From Clostridia bacterium (lineage in GTDB: Bacteria; Bacillota; Clostridia; TANB77; CAG-465): 64,000 bases of DNA. A program made the translations under genes and the position numbers. The notes below the pieces were generated by a model. The model was not told where the DNA came from. It did not search any database and saw nothing but the letters and a program-made list of their open reading frames with translations. The stretch is taken from the NCBI GenBank assembly GCA_045652705.1, contig JAZRUV010000013.1, positions 2,478 to 66,477 of the forward strand, given 5' to 3'. Shown piece by piece: positions 20,716 to 31,712 of this stretch; the stretch's first letter is position 1; each line of letters begins with the position of its first letter.

Positions 20716-22701
20716 ATGAAACAAAAAAACTCTAAAATAAAAAATAAAAAAGGTTATAAAAGAATGATACTTAAAACTATAGCAAGTCCAGTAATATACA
20801 TGCTTGTTATAGTGGTGCTTTCTGCGACTATACAAATAATGCAACCAAAAGCGTTTGGTGCAGTTTTACCAATAGTAGCAATTATGGCTGCATATACAAT
20901 TTTTATTTTATATGCAGAATTAAGACATAAAGTGAAAAAATTAGATGAACTGCATTATGGCTTTTCGAACTCAATTGGAAAAAGCATGAAGCATCTAAAC
21001 GTTCCGATAATGTTTATATCTAACGATGCTAAGCTTATATGGCAAAACTCTTTATCTCAAGAACTTGAACTGGATGAGTTTATACCAGAAATTGCAATTG
21101 AAGCCAATAAATCTAGCAAAAAGGATGCTATAAAATTTGAAGCGGCAGACAAAAACTATTTACTATACATAACGGAAATAATGTCTGGTGAAGATGTTGG
21201 AAAGCTAGTTATATTTGTAGATGTAACAAAACAAGTAGAATTAGAACAAATACTAGATGATTCAAGAGTAGTTGTTGGTGTTATAACAATTGATAGCTTT
21301 GACGATATAATGCAAGGCTTAGATGAAATGGACAAAGTTGCAACTAAATCTGGAATAGATACAGAAATTGTTAGTTGGATAAAAGAATATAACGGAATTG
21401 TTAGTAAAGTAGAAAAAGACAAATACATCTATTTTATAGAAAAACAATATGTTGAAGAATTAGAAGAAAATTCATTTGAAATATTAGAAAAAATAAATAA
21501 AGTTTCTGAAGACAAAGTTAAAGTACCTGTAACAATAAGTATAGGCTTATCTTACGATGAAGAAACTTTAGCTGGTAGATACAAATCTGCTATGAACGCA
21601 TTAGACGTTGCTATGGGTAGAGGTGGAAACCAAGCGGTTATTAAAACTAAAAAGAAATACGATTTCTACGGAGATAGTGGTAAACAACAAGACAAAACAA
21701 GTAGAGTAAGAGCAAGAATGATATCTCAAGCTTTAAAAGATGTCATAGATAAATGTGAAAACGTATATATTATGGGACACAAGAATACAGATATAGACTG
21801 TATAGGTGCGGCAGTAGGTGTATACAAAATAGCAAAAACTTATGGTAAAGAAGCAAAGATTATCTGTGATTTAAGACACAATAATTCAACAAAACTTGTT
21901 ATAGACAGGCTTAAAACTACTGGAGAATATGATGATGTTTTTGTAACTAAAGACGACCTTAAAAAACAAGAATTTGAAAACTCACTTCTTGTTGTAGTAG
22001 ATACACACAAAGCAAGTTACTTGGCGGCTCCAGACTTACTAGAAGAATTCGATAAAGTTGTGGTAATTGACCACCATAGACGTGGACCAGAGTTTATTGA
22101 AAACACAATTTTAACATATCATGAAGTATATGCTTCATCTACTTCAGAGCTAGTTACAGAACTTTTAATGTATCTAGATGAAGTAAAACTTACAGCAAAA
22201 GAAGCTGAAGCAATATTTAGTGGAATAGTTATAGATACTAAAAACTTCACATTTAAGACTGGTGTTAGAACATTTGAAGTATCCGCTTACCTAAAGAAAA
22301 CAGGCTTGGATATAACAGAAGTAAAACACGTTTTCCAAAATGATTTTGAAACATATATGGCAAAGGTAAACATTGTTAAAGAAGCTGAAATCATAGACGG
22401 AAAAATTGCAATGTCTGTGTGTCAGGAACAACACGAAAATATGTCTGTTATAGCAGCACAAGCAGCAGATGAACTTTTATCTATTACAGGTGTGCTTGCA
22501 TCATTTGTGCTATGTGAAATAGATAACGTAATCATGATATCTGGACGTTCTTTAGGAGACATTAACGTTCAAGCTATATTAGAAAAACTTGGCGGTGGTG
22601 GACACTTAACATTTGCGGGTGCGCAAATGGCAGGTGTTACACTAGAACAAGCAAAAGAAAAATTATTAGGAATAATAGAAGAATATTCTGTAAAAGATTA
22701 G
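20716..22701 (+). CDS. gdpP: cyclic-di-AMP phosphodiesterase GdpP (2 TM, PAS-like, degenerate GGDEF, DHH/DHHA1)
   Basis: DHH motifs GHKNTDIDCIGA, VVVDTH, VIDHHRR, and GGGH near the C-terminus. Conserved position upstream of rplI-dnaB. Confidence 0.85.
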   Translation: MKQKNSKIKNKKGYKRMILKTIASPVIYMLVIVVLSATIQIMQPKAFGAVLPIVAIMAAYTIFILYAELRHKVKKLDELHYGFSNSIGKSMKHLNVPIMFISNDAKLIWQNSLSQELELDEFIPEIAIEANKSSKKDAIKFEAADKNYLLYITEIMSGEDVGKLVIFVDVTKQVELEQILDDSRVVVGVITIDSFDDIMQGLDEMDKVATKSGIDTEIVSWIKEYNGIVSKVEKDKYIYFIEKQYVEELEENSFEILEKINKVSEDKVKVPVTISIGLSYDEETLAGRYKSAMNALDVAMGRGGNQAVIKTKKKYDFYGDSGKQQDKTSRVRARMISQALKDVIDKCENVYIMGHKNTDIDCIGAAVGVYKIAKTYGKEAKIICDLRHNNSTKLVIDRLKTTGEYDDVFVTKDDLKKQEFENSLLVVVDTHKASYLAAPDLLEEFDKVVVIDHHRRGPEFIENTILTYHEVYASSTSELVTELLMYLDEVKLTAKEAEAIFSGIVIDTKNFTFKTGVRTFEVSAYLKKTGLDITEVKHVFQNDFETYMAKVNIVKEAEIIDGKIAMSVCQEQHENMSVIAAQAADELLSITGVLASFVLCEIDNVIMISGRSLGDINVQAILEKLGGGGHLTFAGAQMAGVTLEQAKEKLLGIIEEYSVKD

Positions 22702-22758
22702 TAAAATTAAATAATATATAATAAAAGAAATAATAAAAAAGATAATGGGAGGTATGTT

Positions 22759-23205
22759 ATGAAAGTTGTACTTACAGAGAATGTAAAAGGAATAGGAAAA
22801 AAACTAGATGTAGTAAATGTAAGTGAGGGGTATGCAAGAAATTATTTAATACCAAGAAAACTTGCAAAACCGGCAGATAACAAGTCCCTATCTGAAGCAA
22901 ATACAAAAAAAGAAGCAATAAAATTTAAACAAGATACAGAAAGAGACTTGGCTTCAAAGAAAAAAGAACAAATAGAAAAAGTAACACTAGAGTTTAGACT
23001 TAAAACTGCAGAAGGTGGAAAACTATTTGGAAGTGTTACATCAAAAGAAATAAGCGATGAATTAAAAGCAAAAAGTGGTATAGAAGTGGACAAGAAAAAA
23101 ATAATACTTGAAGATGCCATTAAAATGATAGGCACATATACTGCTAAAGTTAAATTATACGAAGGAATAACAGCGAATTTAAAAGTAAATGTATTAGAAA
23201 AATAG
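22759..23205 (+). CDS. rplI: 50S ribosomal protein L9
   Basis: MKVVLTENVKGIGKKLDVVNVSEGYARNYLIPRKLA. Confidence 0.93.
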   Translation: MKVVLTENVKGIGKKLDVVNVSEGYARNYLIPRKLAKPADNKSLSEANTKKEAIKFKQDTERDLASKKKEQIEKVTLEFRLKTAEGGKLFGSVTSKEISDELKAKSGIEVDKKKIILEDAIKMIGTYTAKVKLYEGITANLKVNVLEK

Positions 23206-23215
23206 GGGAAAGCTT

Positions 23216-24547
23216 ATGAGTAAAGAAGTAGTAACAACTAAAATACCACCTAGTGACGTTGCAGCTGAACAAGCTGTGATAGGTTCTATGCTTGTAGATA
23301 AAGAAGCAGTAATTAAAGCGATAGAGTTACTTAAACCAACAGACTTCTATAGACAAGACAATGGCGAAATATTTGCTGCTATGGTTGATGTTTATGCAAA
23401 AGGTGACCCAATAGATTTCTTAACGGTAAGAGAAGCACTAAAGCTTAGAAATGCATTAGAAAAAGTTGGGTCAGATGCATATTTATCTTCGCTAATAGAT
23501 AATGTGCCAACAACATCAAACGTAGATGCATATATTAAAATTGTTGAAGAAAAAGCAACATTAAGATCACTAATTAAAGCTGCAAATGATGTTATATCTT
23601 ATGGATATGCTGAAACTGAAGAAGTAGACAAGATTATAGATATGACAGAAAAAAGAATCTTTGATGTTTTGCAAAATAGAAATGCTAAAGGTTATTCAAG
23701 CATTAAGGATATACTAGTAGATACATTTGACGCTATAGAAAAGTTATACAGCAGTAAATCTAATGTGTCTGGTATGGAAAGTGGATTTAAAGATTTAGAT
23801 ATAAAAACATCTGGACTTAACAACTCAGACTTAATAATAGTTGCAGCAAGACCAGCTATGGGAAAATCTGCATTTGCATTAAATATAGCGACAGCAGTTG
23901 CAAAAGCCGGTGTGCCAGTTTTAATATTCAGTCTTGAGATGTCTAAAGAACAAATGGTAAACAGAATACTTTGTTCTGAAGCACAAGTAGATAGTATGAA
24001 GGTAAGAACTGGTAAGTTAGACACGGATGACTGGGTAAAACTTGGAAAAGCAAGTGGAGACTTAGCTGAAACGCCAATATACATAGATGATACACCTGGT
24101 ATGTCTGCAGTAGAGCTTAGAGCAAAATGTAGAAAAGCAAAATTAGAAAAAGGACTAGGCTTAGTTGTTATAGACTACTTACAACTTATGGAGGGCAGAA
24201 AAGCTGGTGAAAGTAGACAACAAGAAATATCTGAAATAAGTAGGGCATTAAAGATTTTAGCAAAAGAAATAGATGTGCCAGTAATTGCACTTTCCCAATT
24301 AAGTCGTGCTGCTGAACAAAGACCAGACCACAGACCAATGCTTAGTGACCTTCGTGAATCAGGATCAATAGAGCAAGATGCAGATATAGTTATGTTTTTA
24401 TATAGAGATGACTATTACAATCCAGAAACAGAAAAGAAAAACGTAGCAGAAGTTATAATTGCAAAAAATAGACAAGGTTCAACTGGGACAGTAGAACTTG
24501 CTTGGTTACCACAATACACTAAATTTGCAAATTATTATAACGGATAG
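23216..24547 (+). CDS. dnaB: replicative DNA helicase
   Basis: PPSDVAAEQAVIGSML, Walker A ARPAMGKSAFALN, DYLQLM, SQLSRAAEQR. Confidence 0.93.
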   Translation: MSKEVVTTKIPPSDVAAEQAVIGSMLVDKEAVIKAIELLKPTDFYRQDNGEIFAAMVDVYAKGDPIDFLTVREALKLRNALEKVGSDAYLSSLIDNVPTTSNVDAYIKIVEEKATLRSLIKAANDVISYGYAETEEVDKIIDMTEKRIFDVLQNRNAKGYSSIKDILVDTFDAIEKLYSSKSNVSGMESGFKDLDIKTSGLNNSDLIIVAARPAMGKSAFALNIATAVAKAGVPVLIFSLEMSKEQMVNRILCSEAQVDSMKVRTGKLDTDDWVKLGKASGDLAETPIYIDDTPGMSAVELRAKCRKAKLEKGLGLVVIDYLQLMEGRKAGESRQQEISEISRALKILAKEIDVPVIALSQLSRAAEQRPDHRPMLSDLRESGSIEQDADIVMFLYRDDYYNPETEKKNVAEVIIAKNRQGSTGTVELAWLPQYTKFANYYNG

Positions 24548-24554
24548 GAGATAA

Positions 24555-25568
24555 ATGGACAAATTACTTGAACAGGTAAAAAAGAATATTTATGATAACA
24601 ACCTAATAGAAAATGGTGATGTCATAATAGTTGGAGTATCGGGTGGCCCAGACTCGGTATTCCTTTTGCATGCTTTAAGTAGTTTAAAAGATACAATAAA
24701 AAAAGGAAAAAACATTAGTTACTCATTACACGCAGCCCATATAAACCATATGATACGTGAAGAAGCATCGTTAGATGCAAATCTTGCAAAAAGACTTGCA
24801 GTTGAGTGTCATGCAATATTCCATTTGCTTGAGATAGACGTTGTAGCTGAAGCAAAAAGACTTAAAATTGGGACTGAAGAATGCGGTAGAAATATACGTT
24901 ATGAGTTTTTTGAACAAGTGAAAAAAACTGTCGGTGGCACAAAAGTTGCAGTTGCTCACAACGCGGGAGATAATGCAGAAACAATAATATTAAACTTTAT
25001 TCGTGGTGCTGGAATTAATGGCTTAAGTGGAATGGATGCGAAATCTAGTGGAAATGTTATAAGACCAATATTAAATATTTCTAAGAAAGAAATATTAGAA
25101 TATTTAAATGCAAATAATATAGAATATGCAATAGATAAAACAAATCTTGAAAACGATTATACAAGAAATAAAGTTAGAAATGATTTAATTCATAAAATTG
25201 AAACAGAATATAACCCTAATATAATAAATGCATTAAATAGAATGGCAACAGTAAATAAATTAGATTTAGAGATTATACAAGATGTTGTAGAAGATAAGTA
25301 CCAAGCTTTAAATGTAAAGAAAGAACAAAATAAAATATATATTAATACAAAAGAATTTAATAAAAACTCTACAGCTATGAAGTATCAACTGATAAGAAGA
25401 ATAATTACTGAACTATGTGGAAATATTCAATGCGTTGAGATGATACATATTAAAGATACATGTAAACTTCTTGAAGCAAGTATTACAGGGAAACAATATA
25501 TATTAGGTAATAAATATAAAGTCGTAATAGAAAAGAAAAATATAGCAGTGTTTGTCAAGAATGTGTAA
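24555..25568 (+). CDS. tilS: tRNA(Ile)-lysidine synthase
   Basis: PP-loop VGVSGGPDS, HINHMIR, AHNAGDNAETIILN. Confidence 0.88.
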   Translation: MDKLLEQVKKNIYDNNLIENGDVIIVGVSGGPDSVFLLHALSSLKDTIKKGKNISYSLHAAHINHMIREEASLDANLAKRLAVECHAIFHLLEIDVVAEAKRLKIGTEECGRNIRYEFFEQVKKTVGGTKVAVAHNAGDNAETIILNFIRGAGINGLSGMDAKSSGNVIRPILNISKKEILEYLNANNIEYAIDKTNLENDYTRNKVRNDLIHKIETEYNPNIINALNRMATVNKLDLEIIQDVVEDKYQALNVKKEQNKIYINTKEFNKNSTAMKYQLIRRIITELCGNIQCVEMIHIKDTCKLLEASITGKQYILGNKYKVVIEKKNIAVFVKNV

Positions 25569-25639
25569 ATAAACACATAATTATTGAATAACTGCAAATG
25601 TTATGTTAGAATTGTAGGACAGAAATTAGGAGGAGCAAA

Positions 25640-27574
25640 ATGAAAAAGACAGGATTTTTTAGAGGAATATTAAGCTATGTTTTAATTATAGGGATAGTTA
25701 TAATGCTTATATCTTCATTAAATGAAAGTGCAAGCAAGCAGATAGATTATACAACGCTTATGTCTAAAATAGAAGCTAAAGAAATTAAATCAGTATCGCT
25801 ATCTTATGATAGAACGGAAGCGGTAGTAGTATATAAAGATGATACTGTAAAAAGAACAGTTACAATACCATCTAATACGTCGTTTATGGATGCAATAGAA
25901 GACAATATAAAAGCAGGAGAGTTTGAACTTAAAGTTGAAGAACAATCTGGTTGGGCAGTATTCTTAAATTGGCTACCAACAATTGGTCTTGGAATTTTAA
26001 CACTACTTATGTTGTTCGTAATGATGCAACAAATGGGTGGTGGAAATAATAAAGCTTTAAGCTTTGGAAGAAATAGAGCAAAGCTTAACAACCCAAATGG
26101 TCCTAAGAAAATCACTTTTGATAATGTTGAAGGACTTAAAGAAGAAAAAGAAGAACTTGCAGAAATAGTAGATTTCTTAAAGGAACCTAAAAAGTTTAAG
26201 GATATGGGTGCAAGAATACCTAAAGGAATACTTTTAGTTGGTGGACCTGGTACAGGAAAAACACTTCTTGCGAAGGCTGTTGCGGGAGAAGCAAAAGTAC
26301 CATTCTTCTCAATAAGTGGATCGGACTTTGTTGAAATGTTTGTTGGTGTTGGTGCATCTAGAGTTAGAGATTTATTTGAAGAAGCAAAGAAATTAAATCC
26401 TTGTATAGTATTTATAGACGAAATAGATGCAGTTGGACGTCAAAGAGGTGCAGGCCTTGGTGGTGGACACGATGAAAGAGAACAAACATTAAACCAATTA
26501 CTTGTTGAAATGGATGGTTTTGGAACTAACGAAAATATAATAGTAATGGCTGCAACAAACAGACCAGATATATTAGATCCAGCACTTTTAAGACCAGGAC
26601 GTTTCGATAGACAAGTGGTTGTTGGAGAACCAGATATTAAAGCGAGAGAAGAAATATTAAGATTACACGCAAAAGGCAAACCTTTTGTTGAATCAGTAGA
26701 TTTCAAAGTAATAGCTAAAAACACATCAGGATTTTCTGGTGCAGATCTTGAAAATATGGTTAATGAATCAGCGCTTCTTGCAGCTAGAAAAAATAAAAAG
26801 CAAATAGATATGATAGACATAGAAGAAGCATTGGTTAAAGTTATGATGGGGCCTGAAAAACGTAGTAAAGTTATTTCAGATAAAGATAAAAAACTTACTG
26901 CTTATCACGAAGCGGGTCATGCTATAGTATCTAGATTTTTGAAAAATCACGATACAGTTCATCAAATCTCTATTATACCAAGAGGTATGGCTGGTGGATA
27001 CACAATGTATAAACCAAATGAAGATAAAACATATGCTTCAAAACTAGAGATGGAAGAACACATAGTATCACTTCTTGGCGGTAGAGTTGCTGAAAAACTT
27101 GTTCTAGACGATATTAGCACAGGAGCTTCAAATGATATTGAAAGAGCATCTAAGATAGCAAGAAATATGGTTATGCGTTATGGTATGAGCGATAAACTAG
27201 GACCAATAACATTTGGTGTAAGTCAAGAAGAAGTATTCTTAGGACGTGACTTTGGAAGCCAAAGAAACTACAGTGAAAAAGTTGCATCTGAAATTGATGA
27301 AGAAGTTAAACGTATTATTACAACTGCTTACGATAAAGCAGAAGTGCTTCTAAAAGAAAATATGGATAAACTTCACAAAACAGCTGAGCTACTACTTGAA
27401 AAAGAAAAGATTGATGCGGATGAATTTGATGCGGTGTTTGGTGTTATAAAAGAAGAGCCTAAACAAGAAGAAATAAAAAAAGAAGCAAAGATGGAAAAAG
27501 AGACTATAGATGCAGAAAAGAAAGAAACCAAGAAGAAAACAACAAAGACTAAAAAGGAAGAAACTAAAGAATAA
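25640..27574 (+). CDS. ftsH: ATP-dependent zinc metalloprotease FtsH
   Basis: Two TMs, [13 protein letters not shown], second region of homology, Zn site HEAGHA, K/E-rich tail. Confidence 0.95.
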   Translation: MKKTGFFRGILSYVLIIGIVIMLISSLNESASKQIDYTTLMSKIEAKEIKSVSLSYDRTEAVVVYKDDTVKRTVTIPSNTSFMDAIEDNIKAGEFELKVEEQSGWAVFLNWLPTIGLGILTLLMLFVMMQQMGGGNNKALSFGRNRAKLNNPNGPKKITFDNVEGLKEEKEELAEIVDFLKEPKKFKDMGARIPKGILLVGGPGTGKTLLAKAVAGEAKVPFFSISGSDFVEMFVGVGASRVRDLFEEAKKLNPCIVFIDEIDAVGRQRGAGLGGGHDEREQTLNQLLVEMDGFGTNENIIVMAATNRPDILDPALLRPGRFDRQVVVGEPDIKAREEILRLHAKGKPFVESVDFKVIAKNTSGFSGADLENMVNESALLAARKNKKQIDMIDIEEALVKVMMGPEKRSKVISDKDKKLTAYHEAGHAIVSRFLKNHDTVHQISIIPRGMAGGYTMYKPNEDKTYASKLEMEEHIVSLLGGRVAEKLVLDDISTGASNDIERASKIARNMVMRYGMSDKLGPITFGVSQEEVFLGRDFGSQRNYSEKVASEIDEEVKRIITTAYDKAEVLLKENMDKLHKTAELLLEKEKIDADEFDAVFGVIKEEPKQEEIKKEAKMEKETIDAEKKETKKKTTKTKKEETKE

Positions 27575-27587
27575 AAAAATAATATAT

Positions 27588-27624
27588 AAAAATGCAAGCG
27601 TTCAATATGAACACTTGCATTTTT
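27588..27624. terminator. bidirectional rho-independent terminator
   Basis: AAAAATGCAAG...CTTGCATTTTT between convergent ftsH and the 27657 gene. Confidence 0.75.
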
Positions 27625-27656
27625 GTGTATAATAAATACTCTAGTTAGAGATTAAG

Positions 27657-28409
27657 TTAGATATTTTTCATAATTTCGTACAGTTTATCTTCTTTGAGAC
27701 CTGAGATATCGCCGCTATTTTTAGCTATATAGGAACGGAACATAGTTATCGCATCTTGCAAAGCACCATCATGCGTGTAGCACATAATATCACTAGTAAA
27801 ACCAGTTGTACGGATTTGGAACCCTTCTAACTTTCCAGAATATCTAAGTGGAAGCACATTGTTTTTAAAATAATGATTGGTGCAAACAACTAATTCACAA
27901 CCGTTACTTACAATGTCTGTGAGTTTCGTGCTGAGTTCGCATCCGAAATATTCCTTGTCTTCAATCGAATTTAAAATGCGTTCAAGACCTATTGCCCAAA
28001 CTGTACCTTCAGCAGTAGAATGTTCCCTATCTCCGTGTCTAGTTTCTTGAGAACAAAAGTCGGTGGCGTAGAATTTTTTTAAAGCATAGTTCTTTTTTCC
28101 AATATTCGAAAGCTTAAGAAGAAGATTCATGGCTAGTTCCACGTCGTTTACAGCTTCATAACCATTGCACTCATTCTTTACGCCTTTTAATTCGCGCCCT
28201 AAAACCCAAAGAAATGTTTCTAAAGGTTTAATTTTATCTGAAATTTCTTCTGCAATTTGTTTGCGATTATATGACTTGGAATAAGAATAAGCTAGTCTTT
28301 GGAGCTCTTGAATGGTTGCACAAAAATTATCTAAGTCCTGCTTGGAAATGTCTGAAAAACTGAACTCCATAAGTCCAATTTCTTTTACTTTTGCTACAAA
28401 ATCTTTCAT
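27657..28409 (-). CDS. hypothetical protein, 250 aa
   Basis: ATG at 28409 with AAGGAGGTCAAT upstream (rc). The track's 28433 start lacks an RBS. Contains a His/Asp/Glu cluster QETRHGDREHSTAEG. No family recognised. Confidence 0.6.
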   Translation of the reverse strand: MKDFVAKVKEIGLMEFSFSDISKQDLDNFCATIQELQRLAYSYSKSYNRKQIAEEISDKIKPLETFLWVLGRELKGVKNECNGYEAVNDVELAMNLLLKLSNIGKKNYALKKFYATDFCSQETRHGDREHSTAEGTVWAIGLERILNSIEDKEYFGCELSTKLTDIVSNGCELVVCTNHYFKNNVLPLRYSGKLEGFQIRTTGFTSDIMCYTHDGALQDAITMFRSYIAKNSGDISGLKEDKLYEIMKNI

Positions 28410-28419
28410 ATTGACCTCC

Positions 28420-28800
28420 TTAATAATTTGCAACTACTAATGATGTAATATTAATGCCAAGTTCTGAGAATGGTTTTGGAATAAGGTTATCTCTGGTATC
28501 GCAATAATTATCTGCTCCATTTGTACCGATAGCACAAATCTCGCCTGCATTTAGAATAATAGTTGCTTTAGAACCGTCGAAAATATGATTTAGTGCAAGA
28601 TGATGACGTATAATATTTACAGCTTCTTTTGATTCGTCGTAGGAGTCGCTTAGTGTCACGTAAATGCGATTGTGTTTGCTACTGAGAGAGCAATCTTCAA
28701 GTTTTATTATCCAAGTATATTTCTCTGAGTTTGGAAACCGATAGAGATTTTCGTAAAACCGGATAGTTGCTGTAGTAATATAAGTTGTATTTTGCTTCAT
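28420..28800 (-). CDS. hypothetical protein, 126 aa
   Basis: GGAGGATTAAAAA RBS (rc). Its stop lies 10 nt before the downstream start, which suggests an operon. No family recognised. Confidence 0.6.
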   Translation of the reverse strand: MKQNTTYITTATIRFYENLYRFPNSEKYTWIIKLEDCSLSSKHNRIYVTLSDSYDESKEAVNIIRHHLALNHIFDGSKATIILNAGEICAIGTNGADNYCDTRDNLIPKPFSELGINITSLVVANY

Positions 28801-28996
28801 TTTTTAATCCTCCTAAATTTAGTTAGAATATAGTTTAAATGCAAACACATTATATCACAAAGTGACATAAAAATCAAATAATTGCAATTATATATCAAAT
28901 ACGATAAATAGTATTAAAAATAAAAGTAATGTGTTGCAAATAAAAATTGGATATAATATAATATGAACGTAGAAAGATATTCTCCAGGAGGAATAT

Positions 28997-29650
28997 ATGG
29001 AAAGTGTACAAATGAATAAATTTGAAATAGTAGATATGCCAGGAATGAATACACTAGCTTTCGTGGTAGAAGAAAATGAATCTGAAGTAATAAGTGGCCA
29101 AACATATTACTCGTTACAAAAATTAGACCATACAGACAAAGAAATGGACGGAAAAATAACGAAAGAATTCTTTGTTGTAAAATATGCAGACGGAATGCAA
29201 GATATAGTTCTTCTAACGCTTACAAAAAGCAAGGCTATACTTAGCACAGCTTTATTGGATGGAAATGGCTTAACCCCAACAGAAGATAAGTTGCCATTAT
29301 CTTATGGCAGTCTATATGATGATAGCAATATACAATATAAAGAATTTACATATACACAAAATTTAAAAAGAAGATTTGCTATTATTGATACAACAAGTTG
29401 TGAAGAAGTAAAACCTACAATATATAGAGATGATATAACTGGTGAAATAAAAGGTAAATGTAAATTGTTGCCACTTAGACCTTATGTTGTTTTGGAAATA
29501 AAAGATAATTTTAATAGGGGTGCAGTTGTAGCAACTGATGGTAAAAGAATAGAAGCTATGAGTCACGGAAAAGTGAAAATGCCTGAACATGATTTGGAGA
29601 GAAAAGATATAGACATTGATGTTTTGGGCGACGATGACCTAATAGTGTAA
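28997..29650 (+). CDS. hypothetical protein, 217 aa, upstream partner of the coupling protein
   Basis: CCAGGAGGAATAT RBS. Soluble, with an acidic C-terminus. The downstream gene starts 11 nt after the stop. Confidence 0.6.
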   Translation: MESVQMNKFEIVDMPGMNTLAFVVEENESEVISGQTYYSLQKLDHTDKEMDGKITKEFFVVKYADGMQDIVLLTLTKSKAILSTALLDGNGLTPTEDKLPLSYGSLYDDSNIQYKEFTYTQNLKRRFAIIDTTSCEEVKPTIYRDDITGEIKGKCKLLPLRPYVVLEIKDNFNRGAVVATDGKRIEAMSHGKVKMPEHDLERKDIDIDVLGDDDLIV

Positions 29651-29661
29651 AGGAGTAACTT

Positions 29662-31644
29662 ATGATAAATTGGATTAAAGAAAATAAATGGAAGATAATA
29701 ACCGTTATAGTAGTGTATTTAATTGTGTGTGTAAGCCTTCTAGGTGGGCTTATGGCGGCTTATCAATATACAGACGAGGAGCTTAGTCTTTTTGCAAGAC
29801 TAGAAGTGGCTACGGAGAGTTGGGCTGCATATGCATTAAATCCATTTAAAGTAATAGATGTATTATTTGATGGTGGAAACTTACAACAAACATATTTAAT
29901 ACTATGCGGTGGAATACTTATAGCTTTCATATGGATGTCTATAAAATTAATATCAAAATCTAGAAAAACTCATGAATATCAAGGGGAAGAACATGGTTCG
30001 AGTGCTTGGAGCAAAGGTGGAGAAGAATACAGAAAACTACCTGATGGTTCTCAAATACTAAATAAAACAGATGGATTTATATTAAGTAGAAATCATTATC
30101 TTGGAACGGACCCTAAGAAAGTTAAGGTAAATAAAAACATACTTGTATTCGGTGGTTCGGGTTCTGGTAAATCTGCAGCATATGTTAAACCAAACATATT
30201 ACAAAAATTAGGTTCTTATGTAATAACTGACCCTAAAGGAGAGTTATACAGAGAAACTTCAGGCTACCTTAAAGCAAACGGATATGAAGTAAAAGTATTA
30301 AACCTTGTAGATACTGAATATAGTAATAGGTATAATCCACTAGCACATATTAGAGATTATTCGGATGTAGATATTATAGCACATACAATAGTTGCAGGTG
30401 GTGAAGGCGACGGTGGTGGAAAATCTGCCGACCCATTCTGGGATAATACAGCCAAGATGCTACTTAAAGCTTGTATTTACTATGTAATATCTGTTCTTCC
30501 AGAAGAAGAAAGGAACTTATCTAGTTGTCTTAACATAGTAAGAGCGGGTGGTTCAGATGAATCTATTTTTGATAGATTATTTGTAGGAGAACTTAAACCA
30601 GACCATCCAGGTAGAAAAGAATACGAAGGAATTAGAGTTGGTGCAGATAAAACAAAACAAAGTATAGCAATATCTTTGGTTTCAAAACTATCTCATTTTG
30701 ATAGCCCTAATATGCAAAGATTAACAACAACAAATGATATAGACTTTGAAGACCTTGGAGAAAAGAAAGTAGCACTTTACGTTATATCTCCAGACTCTCA
30801 CTCAACATATAACTACATACTAACAATTTTCTATGGACAATTGTTACAAAGATTATATGCTTTAGCGGATAGATGTGGTGGTGCATTACATCAACCTGTA
30901 TATCTACTACTAGACGAGTTTGCAAACATTGGAAAAATACCAGACTTTAACCAAAAACTAAGTACAAGTAGATCAAGACTTATATCTATGAGTATTATAG
31001 TACAAAGTATAGACCAATTAGTAGATTTATATAAAGACTTACATGAAAACATAATAGCTAACTGTGATACTCAACTATTCTTGGGTTCTCAGTCAATAAA
31101 AACTTGTGAATATTTCTCTAAGAGTTTAGGACAAACGACACTAACATTCCAAAACAAATCTAAAAACAGAGACGAAAAAGATTATAAAACACAAGGATAC
31201 TCATATAGTGAACAACGTCAAGGTAGAGAGCTTATGACAATAGACGAATTAAAACGTATGCCATACGATGATATGATAATACTAATTCGTGGTCTTAAAC
31301 CAATAATGGCTAAAAAGGCATGGTATTATAAACACCATCCGGAAAGAGAAAATGCAAGACGTTATGAAATAAAAGACATAACAGAAATGCCAAAACCAGA
31401 AGGTGCTCCTATTAAGACTATGGATGTTGAAAAACATATAAATGATAGATTAAAAAGAGCAAGAGAAGTTGCAAATAGTGTTAAAACAAACAATTCTGAT
31501 GTAGAGATTGATGTCGGTGCAAGTGCAATAGATAATGCAAAACAAGGAGTACAACAACCACAAGCAGTAGATTTACAAAAAGAATTGGAAAAGAAGTTTG
31601 ATGAATTATTTGGAACAAATAATAACAACAAACCTCAAGAATAA
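29662..31644 (+). CDS. type IV secretion coupling protein, VirD4/TraG/TraD family (T4CP)
   Basis: Two N-terminal TMs, Walker A VFGGSGSGKSAAYVKPN, Walker B YLLLDEFANIG, then IIVQSIDQL and DTQLFLG motifs, as in conjugative coupling proteins. Confidence 0.85.
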   Translation: MINWIKENKWKIITVIVVYLIVCVSLLGGLMAAYQYTDEELSLFARLEVATESWAAYALNPFKVIDVLFDGGNLQQTYLILCGGILIAFIWMSIKLISKSRKTHEYQGEEHGSSAWSKGGEEYRKLPDGSQILNKTDGFILSRNHYLGTDPKKVKVNKNILVFGGSGSGKSAAYVKPNILQKLGSYVITDPKGELYRETSGYLKANGYEVKVLNLVDTEYSNRYNPLAHIRDYSDVDIIAHTIVAGGEGDGGGKSADPFWDNTAKMLLKACIYYVISVLPEEERNLSSCLNIVRAGGSDESIFDRLFVGELKPDHPGRKEYEGIRVGADKTKQSIAISLVSKLSHFDSPNMQRLTTTNDIDFEDLGEKKVALYVISPDSHSTYNYILTIFYGQLLQRLYALADRCGGALHQPVYLLLDEFANIGKIPDFNQKLSTSRSRLISMSIIVQSIDQLVDLYKDLHENIIANCDTQLFLGSQSIKTCEYFSKSLGQTTLTFQNKSKNRDEKDYKTQGYSYSEQRQGRELMTIDELKRMPYDDMIILIRGLKPIMAKKAWYYKHHPERENARRYEIKDITEMPKPEGAPIKTMDVEKHINDRLKRAREVANSVKTNNSDVEIDVGASAIDNAKQGVQQPQAVDLQKELEKKFDELFGTNNNNKPQE

Positions 31645-31712
31645 ATTAAAAATTAAATAAATTAGTTCTAAAAATACAAATCAATTCATATATATATCTT
31701 AGGTGATGTATA

